Source: Acidobacteriota bacterium (lineage in GTDB: Bacteria; Acidobacteriota; UBA6911). Taken from it: a stretch of DNA of 64,000 nucleotides. Numbering within the stretch: position 1 is the stretch's first letter; each line of letters opens with the position of its first letter. The position numbers and the translations under genes are program-made. The notes below the pieces were generated by a model that was not told the DNA's origin, did no database searches, and saw nothing but the letters and a program-made list of their open reading frames with translations. Positions 1 to 7,299 of this stretch are shown here, one piece after another. The stretch lies in NCBI GenBank assembly GCA_963664705.1, contig OY761556.1:2144001-2208000 (forward strand), written 5' to 3'.

Positions 1-415
1 AGCTCAGGCTGCCCAGCCGCTTGCGCAGAACAGTAATGTGTTCCGGACAATCTGCTAATGCCTGGATCTGTTCGACCCTAGGAGGCAGAGGTTTTTTGCT
101 GGTGCGCGGTTTTCGGGGGCAGAGTTCTAGCCATCGGGCGGCGACGTCGAGATCGGACCAGGACTCAAGAATGTCGGGTCGGGTTCGCAAGATGGAATGC
201 ACGTGGTTTTCCATGATGGCATAACCGCACACGTCAATGGCGAAGATGCCGGCAAGTTGTTTCAAACGATCGAGAATCCATTTTTTACGATGGGAGAAGT
301 CCCGGCCGCTAAGAGGGTCATACCCGCAAAGAAAAGATCTGCGGACACATCGACTGATGCAATGATAAACGCCTTCCTCCCCTTCGATGACATAGATGTT
401 TCTTGCCAATCCCAT
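1..415 (-). mobile_element. REP-associated tyrosine transposase (RAYT) / IS200-like Y1 HUH transposase, 5' part, runs off the window edge
   Basis: Not in the ORF track. Manual minus-strand translation from ATG at 415 (RBS AAGGAGG) gives MGLARNIYVIEGEEGVYHCISRCVRRSFLCGYD...IDVCGYAIMENHVHSILRTRPD. YHCISRCVRRxFL and MxNHxH (HUH) are typical RAYT motifs. The frame is open to position 1. Confidence 0.85.
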
Positions 416-593
416 GGTTTGCCTCCTTGCATAGTAACTAATGGCGAACCTTGGGAATTGAGCGAAGAAAAATTGGAGGCAATCGAACAAAACAGTGGGT
501 GTCCAGGTTTCCCAGGTTTCCCAGGTTTTTCTCTTATAGGTTTTATAGTTCAGTTTTTTTTAGGCAGAACACCGTGAATTGTGCACCAAAGGC

Positions 594-624
594 AAAAAGG
601 CCATACGACTAGTCGTATGGCCTT
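594..624 (-). terminator. Rho-independent terminator of the PEP-CTERM gene
   Basis: Perfect 28-bp palindrome AAGGCCATACGACT/AGTCGTATGGCCTT (597-624) followed by a T-run on the minus strand, about 40 bp after the stop at 662. Confidence 0.75.
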
Positions 625-661
625 CCTAATTTCCTAATATAATTAATCCAACCGTAAAAAC

Positions 662-1249
662 CTAACTTTTCATTTTCCGAACAGCACCCAGGCCAAGTAA
701 TCCCAACGACATAAGTACTATAGTCCCAGGCTCGGGCACCGAACTTGGAGTAGAAGAACTCACCAGCCATGCACTGGCGACAGCCCCATCGATAGAAGAA
801 TAGTGAGAATCATTGAATACATCGTGAACAGCTAATTTGCCGCCTGCGATAAAGTTGAAGTAGTTGTCGACCGAAAAATCTCCGACAACCCGTTCACCAC
901 CGGATCCTAAGTCCGTGGTGACCCCATCAAAAAGGCTGATGAGGATATTTGTAGCTGCAGCACCCATGTCATTGTCGCTTGATAGGATATTTGCCGCAGT
1001 CAGGTTCAAGCCAGTGGCATCCGACCATGTGCTGGCGATCTGATCAGCAGTCGCAAGAACCCATGTTCTACCATCGTAGACAATGCCTGAAGAGAAGGTA
1101 AGGTAGTTTCCATGAACCAAGCCCACATCCAGATAATCAAGGCCGAGTTTGGTATCGGTTGTAAATGATCCATTGTCGATGGTTGTCGCATGCATCATTG
1201 AGCCCAAGACAAACACAAACACCAGCATCATAATTAAGCGGAGTTTCAT
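662..1249 (-). CDS. PEP-CTERM sorting domain surface protein
   Basis: N-terminal signal peptide; C-terminal VPEPGTIVLMSLGLLGLGAVRKMKS (PEP, transmembrane helix, basic tail) after a Ser/Thr linker; RBS AAGGAG. Confidence 0.92.
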   Translation of the reverse strand: MKLRLIMMLVFVFVLGSMMHATTIDNGSFTTDTKLGLDYLDVGLVHGNYLTFSSGIVYDGRTWVLATADQIASTWSDATGLNLTAANILSSDNDMGAAATNILISLFDGVTTDLGSGGERVVGDFSVDNYFNFIAGGKLAVHDVFNDSHYSSIDGAVASAWLVSSSTPSSVPEPGTIVLMSLGLLGLGAVRKMKS

Positions 1250-1297
1250 AGGGGGGTATTCTCCTTTGCTTGTTGCTTAGATTATCTGAACATTCCA

Positions 1298-1313
1298 TGC
1301 AACTTCAATACCA
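1298..1313 (-). promoter_or_regulatory. sigma-54 (-24/-12) promoter
   Basis: Minus strand TGGTATTGAAGTTGCA = TGG-N10-GC with TTGCA, about 50 bp upstream of the PEP-CTERM start. Confidence 0.75.
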
Positions 1314-1367
1314 CCTATGCTATTCATTTGTTTTCAATAGCTTATTATAATCGACACGAACAAATAG

Positions 1368-1426
1368 TGTAACAATTCCCGACACTTGGGTTATGTTTTT
1401 ATGCAATATTGTAAATAAATCCGACA
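1368..1426. promoter_or_regulatory. Two enhancer-like boxes TGTAA-N6-CCGACA (putative PrsR/bEBP sites)
   Basis: TGTAACAATTCCCGACA (1368-1384) and TGTAAATAAATCCGACA (1410-1426), 42 bp apart and upstream of the sigma-54 site. A related TGTAAAATTCGTTTACA lies at 1792-1808. Confidence 0.65.
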
Positions 1427-1565
1427 CCGTGGGGCCCCTCAATCCTCGCACTTAAGCAAAGGATCGGAATTTGGGCCAAAATTTACAGCTGATCCGAATT
1501 TGATCTTACCAGGCGCCCCCGCAGGAGCGGCCTTGATTATTGAAGAGTTCAACCGCGGAAATCTA

Positions 1566-1736
1566 TTACTTCTTTCTCCGGAAGGAAGCAAATCCGATCA
1601 GTCCAAGACCCGTGCCCCAAAGAATCAGAGAGGTCGGTTCCGGAACCGTTGGAATGGCGGTAGCCGTGTGACCAATCGTGACGTTAATGGGAGCGCCACC
1701 ATAGTTGCCAATTTCAAAGGAAGCAAAGTTCCGCAT
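1566..1736 (-). CDS. Minimal PEP-CTERM protein (56 aa) or 3' remnant of a PEP-CTERM gene
   Basis: Below the ORF-track cutoff: MRNFASFEIGNYGGAPINVTIGHTATAIPTVPEPTSLILWGTGLGLIGFASFRRKK. Clear PEP-CTERM tail, no signal peptide, in-frame TAG four codons upstream of the ATG. Confidence 0.7.
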   Translation of the reverse strand: MRNFASFEIGNYGGAPINVTIGHTATAIPTVPEPTSLILWGTGLGLIGFASFRRKK

Positions 1737-1939
1737 GACTTTATCCTATTGAATATTAAAGATATAGACTAGCCAGTGCCAGAAATTTTAATGTAAAATT
1801 CGTTTACAGGAGTGAATTGGGGGGAATCAACCTCAGATTCAAGATCTCCAGGAAATCCTTGTCGGTTTTAGCGCCGGTATCGGAGCTATGGAAGCGGCTG
1901 CGCCTTGCAGGCGGGACGCCTGCGCTCACGGTGTGCTCC

Positions 1940-1974
1940 CTGGTATTTGAAATCTGGAATCTGGAATTTGGAAT
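1940..1974 (+). repeat. Heptamer tandem array (YTGGAAT) x5 downstream of tRNA-Ala
   Basis: CTGGTAT TTGAAAT CTGGAAT CTGGAAT TTGGAAT. Confidence 0.6.
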
Positions 1975-1981
1975 TGTTTTT

Positions 1982-2057
<76 letters not shown>

Positions 2058-2139
2058 ATCCCTTAGTGACGGAGTCGAATTATCCCTGATAGTCCCGGCG
2101 CTGTCAAATAGATAGAGCGAATCCCGTCAATCATCTCCA

Positions 2140-3633
2140 TCATGATGCCATTGTGGATCGGCTATTTGCCGGCGGCTCCTGAATGGTGGTGGTGAGCGAG
2201 GAAACCAGCGTCCGCTGCATCGCATGAATCGTCTGTACGAGCAATGCTCTCGCCTTGTCATCCGATTCCGTGCAGAGATGCTCTTTGAGCACGCGCAGCG
2301 ATTCCTCCGAGGCAATGCAGGCGAGCGCCCGCACCGCAGCCTGACGCAAGACCACCATCTCATGCCCAAGATAAAACTGGAGCGTGCGAATTGCCCGCTG
2401 CTTGCCCGTTTTGGCCATCGGAACCAGAGCGATCAGCGCGCTTTCCGGATGATCCGCCACAAACTCGCGGATTGGATCGTAAGCCTCTGCCGAGCCGATC
2501 TTCCCCAAGGCCTCGATGGCGCATTCGGAGTGGAATGAACTGTTCAGATCGGTGAGGATTAGCTGGGTTGCCGCCTCGAGCTTCAGTTCTCCCAAAACGC
2601 GGATCAGTCCCCACCGCACCCGATCCCCTTCCTCGGAGTAAAGTTTGACAAGGCTTTTGGCTTCCGCCGCGGTGATTTTCTCAACCATTTCCCGCACTAC
2701 CGACAGGCGTTCCCGCGTTGTCCCCGTTCTCAGTACCTGGAACCACGATTCTATCCGGTCCGATTTTGGAAGAATGATAATTGTATCTTCCATGGAAACA
2801 ACGTACCTGGAGGTTGCCGCCTCCAAACTTTCAGCGCTCTTGAGGATGGGAATATCCGAGCACTTCTCGAGTTGCATCCGCAGAGCACCGGCATGTTCGA
2901 ACCGGTTTTCCGGATCGATGGCCAGGCATTTCCGCAGCACATTCTGTAGCGACTCCGGGAATCCCGGCAGAATCTCCGATGGCCAGGGGAAATTGCCAAG
3001 CGGAGGAAAACCCATCAGCATTTCATACAGGATTGATCCCAGCGCAAACACATCCGCCCTACGATTTACGGTTTTGGTACTGCAGCGCTGTTCAGGGGCG
3101 AGATAGGCGATCGTGCCCATGATTTCGCCGGATCGCGTCAGCGTGGTTCGCTCCAGATCCAGCATCTTTGCAATTCCGAAATCCGAAACAATCGGCTCTC
3201 CCGCAGTGTTCAGGAGTATATTCGCGGGCTTTAAATCCCGATGGACCACTCCCCTGTCATGGGCATATGCCATAGCATCACAGACCGGCATGAACAGCTG
3301 AAGCGTGGTATCGAGGGCGATCTTTCCACGTTCCATTCGGCGAATCAGGCTCCCGCCCGGCATGTATTCCATCGAGTAAAAGTAGCAGTCGTCCAGGACG
3401 CCGTTATCGATCACCTTGATGATTCCCGGATGCGTCAAATCTCGAATGATGTCGACTTCGCGAATAAACCGCCCATAGGCAGAGGACCACGTCGTCGCTC
3501 TTTTGCCGAGAATTTTATAGGCTCTCTTTTCCCGGCTTCGCGGATTGATTCCAAGGTAGACCTCGGACATTCCGCCCGATCCTATTCTCTCAACGAGGTA
3601 GAAATTGCCTATTTTTCTGCGCAACATGCTCAT
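2140..3633 (-). CDS. Hanks-type Ser/Thr protein kinase with C-terminal HEAT repeats
   Basis: GSGGMSEV, HRDLKPAN, DFG and APE motifs; C-terminal repeats such as VRWGLIRVLGEL, AIEALGKIG and LRQAAVRALA; no transmembrane segment. Confidence 0.93.
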   Translation of the reverse strand: MSMLRRKIGNFYLVERIGSGGMSEVYLGINPRSREKRAYKILGKRATTWSSAYGRFIREVDIIRDLTHPGIIKVIDNGVLDDCYFYSMEYMPGGSLIRRMERGKIALDTTLQLFMPVCDAMAYAHDRGVVHRDLKPANILLNTAGEPIVSDFGIAKMLDLERTTLTRSGEIMGTIAYLAPEQRCSTKTVNRRADVFALGSILYEMLMGFPPLGNFPWPSEILPGFPESLQNVLRKCLAIDPENRFEHAGALRMQLEKCSDIPILKSAESLEAATSRYVVSMEDTIIILPKSDRIESWFQVLRTGTTRERLSVVREMVEKITAAEAKSLVKLYSEEGDRVRWGLIRVLGELKLEAATQLILTDLNSSFHSECAIEALGKIGSAEAYDPIREFVADHPESALIALVPMAKTGKQRAIRTLQFYLGHEMVVLRQAAVRALACIASEESLRVLKEHLCTESDDKARALLVQTIHAMQRTLVSSLTTTIQEPPANSRSTMAS

Positions 3634-3699
3634 AGGATCCGAATTCTCAAAATCGTTTTGAGATCACCCTGCTCCAACAGCAGCTCTGCCGCTGTTCCT

Positions 3700-4674
3700 C
3701 TACTGCCGGCTCTTTTTGCAAACCTCCGTCCGGTTTCGTCCAAGAGCCTTGGCCCTGTAAACAGCCGTATCCGCGCACTCGAGCAACTCCTCGGCATTCG
3801 CTTCGTTGGTCTGCATCGAGGCAACCCCGAGACTCAACGTCACGCCGGTGGGCAATCCCAGTTCCGCGTTGACCGCTGTTTCCACTTTGATGCGAAGCTT
3901 CTCCGCCGCCTGGAACGCACCCTTCATGCCGGTTTCGGGAAGCACGATCAGAAACTCGTCTCCCCCAAACCGCCCGACTTTGTCACGCTGCCGCAGGCTG
4001 GCTTGCATCTGCGCCGCAATCGCCTGCACCACACGGTCTCCCATCAGATGTCCAAAGCGGTCATTGACGCTTTTGAAGCCGTCAATGTCGGCAATAATCA
4101 CCGAAATCCACCTTCGATATCGTTGCCCGCTGGCAATCTCATCGGAGAGAACTCTCGTGATGCTTGATTTATTTAATAGAGAGGTCAGGCTGTCCGAGGT
4201 CGCCAGCCTGAAGATCTCATCATAAAAGGTCTGCTCCGCAAGGTCCCGATGATCAAACTTCAGGATGACTCTGCCAATGATCACCTTGTCCCCCGGCTTC
4301 AATACGGCGCTCTGGATGGACGCATAGTTGACCATGGTCCCGTTCCGGCTCCCAAGATCGCGCAATACCACCCGCAGGGCCGGCTGCTCACTCCCCTTTA
4401 CGATTTTGCGACAGCTGATTTGCAGGTGCTTTCTCGATACCGAGGGATCCGGAATAACGACATCACAACCGTCGCCTCGCCCCAGCGTCAATTGCCTGTG
4501 AATCAGCGGTATTTCCTTTCCAAGCGCCGGGCCGGACAGGAATGTCAGGGTGGGAATAAATGCGGATGCATCCCCAAACAGTCCGCTCGAATCGATCGTG
4601 CTTCTGGTGTCCAGAAGAGAGCCTGTCTCGAATGGTTCGTCTTTGATTCCTTGCCGCATGGTTTTAGACATCAA
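3700..4674 (-). CDS. FHA-domain diguanylate cyclase (tail-FHA-GGDEF)
   Basis: FHA motifs LGR...VSRKH...DLGSRNGT; D-S-L-T-x-L-x-N, DIDxFK, an intact GGDEF and an RQRD I-site. Confidence 0.93.
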   Translation of the reverse strand: MMSKTMRQGIKDEPFETGSLLDTRSTIDSSGLFGDASAFIPTLTFLSGPALGKEIPLIHRQLTLGRGDGCDVVIPDPSVSRKHLQISCRKIVKGSEQPALRVVLRDLGSRNGTMVNYASIQSAVLKPGDKVIIGRVILKFDHRDLAEQTFYDEIFRLATSDSLTSLLNKSSITRVLSDEIASGQRYRRWISVIIADIDGFKSVNDRFGHLMGDRVVQAIAAQMQASLRQRDKVGRFGGDEFLIVLPETGMKGAFQAAEKLRIKVETAVNAELGLPTGVTLSLGVASMQTNEANAEELLECADTAVYRAKALGRNRTEVCKKSRQ

Positions 4675-5691
4675 TCATCTCTCTCCGTTCCTGGCCAAAC
4701 CCAGATTCACAGAACGCACCCTCGTCCGATGCGGAACAAGATGTACTTCGCGCGTCCCCGTATCCCGCACAGCAGCCATGTCGTGCACGCGAGTCGTGCT
4801 GCGCCCCGGCGTAGAGACAAGGCCATAAACAATCTCATTCCGGCTTGAAACGAATTGCAGCCGCGAGATCATCTCGATCGGAACACTCCGAAACACTCCC
4901 AGAAGTTCTGCCCTGTCGGCCGGGATGTGTTTCAACGCTTCCGCTTCCTGCAAAAAACTCCATTGCTCTGTTTCGTTCAAAGACTGCAAATCAATGCTCC
5001 GCCGCCGATAGATCAGCTTCGATATCTTCTGAAATGTATGAACGGCCAACGGAGATATAAGCAGCCGGTTCCCGTCCATAATTTCCGTAGGCCTATCCCT
5101 GAATGATTCCAGCGCATGAACCATGACGGGACCCAGCGCAACCGCGGTCGATCGCGCCCCCGGCATGGTCATCAGGTGCCCCTGCCGTATCGTTGTCCGA
5201 TGCGGCGTCGGCATCGCCAGCCTTTGCACCAGGCCCAGAGGAATCATCTCAATCTGCCGGATGATCCCGGGACTGTCGCTGCCCTCTTCCCCGGGAGACG
5301 AATTGTCATCCAAATACCCGGTGGAGGTGCGATCTCCCTCAGCCATTGCTTCCGACCATCCATATTCCCGATGACCGGGCATCCGACCTATCTCAAAGTG
5401 CTCGGAAAATGGCCCAAGCCCGTCCACCACATCAGCCTGTCCCATGAAAACATCGTCTATCGAGGTGACGCGACTTTCAACACCCAAGCCCTGCTCGCGA
5501 ACCTGGCTTGCGATCGCCGGCATGCCAAGTTTGCGAAGCCACGAAAACCGCTTTGGATTTTCCGCGGGATCGGCTGCTGCAAGCCGGCTGGCTAGACTCT
5601 TTTCACGTCCCCACATATGCTTGTCAAAGCGGACGTTATTCGATCCAACGGCTCCAGGATATCCATTGTTCTGGACAACTCCTGCAACCAT
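4675..5691 (-). CDS. Hypothetical protein (start may be 5616)
   Basis: Long ORF abutting the FHA-GGDEF start and overlapping the upstream gene; no recognisable domain. Confidence 0.65.
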   Translation of the reverse strand: MVAGVVQNNGYPGAVGSNNVRFDKHMWGREKSLASRLAAADPAENPKRFSWLRKLGMPAIASQVREQGLGVESRVTSIDDVFMGQADVVDGLGPFSEHFEIGRMPGHREYGWSEAMAEGDRTSTGYLDDNSSPGEEGSDSPGIIRQIEMIPLGLVQRLAMPTPHRTTIRQGHLMTMPGARSTAVALGPVMVHALESFRDRPTEIMDGNRLLISPLAVHTFQKISKLIYRRRSIDLQSLNETEQWSFLQEAEALKHIPADRAELLGVFRSVPIEMISRLQFVSSRNEIVYGLVSTPGRSTTRVHDMAAVRDTGTREVHLVPHRTRVRSVNLGLARNGER

Positions 5692-6167
5692 GCGGTCATG
5701 TTGAGCTGAACGGTTTCGTCCGCTGTCGAAAAAGCCAGCCGCAGAAAAATTCCCTCGTCCTCGAGCTCGACGATAGCTTCTCGCTCGCGTATCCGGTTGA
5801 ATGAGCCCGATACGTCGCCCGGCGGTCCGCTGTACCGCTGCACCGCTATCATTTCCTTGTCGGCAACCTGCCCAAGAAATTCCTTCTCGCTATACGGAGC
5901 AATGAAATACATGGGAGAACTGCGGACTTCGCGTCCCAGACGATCACGAATGACCGTTTCGTGCAGATATTTTTCAAGAACCGAACCATAAAGGATTCGA
6001 TGCAGACGGGTCGCCGTAACCGGTTCCGTGTATTTGAATTCGAGAGGAACTCCAATCTGGTTCGTCACCAGGATGGCCCCCATATGCTTCTCATCCAGCT
6101 GGAAGTGGCGAAAGAACCCGACCTGGTTGCGAGGATTGCTTCCAATTACCCTGTCTTGAACCTGCAT
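5592..6167 (-). CDS. Conserved hypothetical protein
   Basis: ATG at 6167 with GGGAG RBS. The motif GAILVTNxxGxPLEFxYTxPVxxxxxxxILYG looks like a conserved uncharacterised family. Confidence 0.75.
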   Translation of the reverse strand: MQVQDRVIGSNPRNQVGFFRHFQLDEKHMGAILVTNQIGVPLEFKYTEPVTATRLHRILYGSVLEKYLHETVIRDRLGREVRSSPMYFIAPYSEKEFLGQVADKEMIAVQRYSGPPGDVSGSFNRIREREAIVELEDEGIFLRLAFSTADETVQLNMTAWLQELSRTMDILEPLDRITSALTSICGDVKRV

Positions 6168-6328
6168 ACAATTAGCTCCCCTGGAATTATCGGCGGACCA
6201 GGGGTGGTTTATTAGCGCATAATACGTCGAGCGAAGATGGACAGGCGGGGAGTGCGGCAGGCTTCCTCGAGGGCCCAAAACCGGAGGCGGCTTTTCAGGG
6301 CCCTCGAAGCTAAATCATTCAGGGCCGA

Positions 6329-6877
6329 CTATTTCAGATCTTTTACCGCCTGCTTGACCAGTTTATCCTGGCCCACCAGGCTCCCTCCGTTTTCAGCCCG
6401 ATACAAAACATCCAACTGCTGTTTCGCTTTTTTCTGGAACTGGTTCGTTATCACATAGCATTTCGCAAAGGCGGCCAGCGCTTCCGGATTCTTTTTTTCA
6501 TTCTTGAACGCAACCCCCTGGTACAGATAGACCTCACCAAATTTGGGACGAGCCTTCAGCGCGCGCTCGCACAGGCCCTTCAAAAGAGGCCAGTTCTGCT
6601 GCTTCATCAGCGTCTCTAAATCCCGGAGAAACAGGCTGTCCAGATAGGTTCGAATCTGATCGCCCATATCGGGGCGGTCCTTATACATCGATAGCATTCG
6701 ATCGGTTCTCTTCTGAAGATCCGTGACCTTCACGATGGCCTGAACCCGATCATAATCTTCCTTGTATTTGATGTCCTCCAACGTGGAATCCTGGGCTCGA
6801 AGGACAGAGAATCCCAATGCAAAAATCAGAGCAGTAGATGAAAGAAATCGCACGAACAACCTGGTCTTATCAAACAT
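6329..6877 (-). CDS. Exported TPR-like helical protein
   Basis: Signal peptide ending LRA-Q; TPR-like segment ERALKARPKFGEVYLYQGVAF...EALAAFAK. Confidence 0.75.
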   Translation of the reverse strand: MFDKTRLFVRFLSSTALIFALGFSVLRAQDSTLEDIKYKEDYDRVQAIVKVTDLQKRTDRMLSMYKDRPDMGDQIRTYLDSLFLRDLETLMKQQNWPLLKGLCERALKARPKFGEVYLYQGVAFKNEKKNPEALAAFAKCYVITNQFQKKAKQQLDVLYRAENGGSLVGQDKLVKQAVKDLK

Positions 6878-6947
6878 ATCTCTACTCCCTTGTGGAATCC
6901 CTATTTACAAATAGGAACTGGAATGTTAAAAAGTATCCCTCCGTTGG

Positions 6948-7023
6948 GGGCGCCTAGCTCAGCTGGCAGAGCACTGCGATCACACCGCAGGGGTCACAGG
7001 TTCAAGTCCTGTGGCGCCCACCA
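6948..7023 (+). tRNA. tRNA-Val (anticodon CAC)
   Basis: GGGCGCCTAGCTCAGCTGGCAGAGCACTGCGATCACACCGCAGGGGTCACAGGTTCAAGTCCTGTGGCGCCCACCA: 76-nt cloverleaf with CCA. Confidence 0.96.
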
Positions 7024-7299
7024 CCAAACTTCTTTAAAATCATCAACTTAAATACATTTAAGATTTCGGTACGCTTGGGGCCAAGGTCTGTCGAAATTCG
7101 GACTCTCCAAATCCTTTTATCCCCGCGTGAGCTTCTGCTTCGTTGGCGCCTCTAGTCTGCCACAGCTTTGAGCAAAAGGCGAATAGCGTATTTTCATTTC
7201 CTCTGCTCATTTTTAAGTGATCGGAAATTGGGGAATGCGAATCTGAAATCAATGGACCTTGCTGACAACAAAGGTTTTTTGAGTTATGTTGTGAGGCCA

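Noticed and set aside
7024-7170. Integrative element att site after tRNA-Val
   Set aside because: There is an AT-rich tract but no integrase and no duplicated tRNA 3' end in the window.
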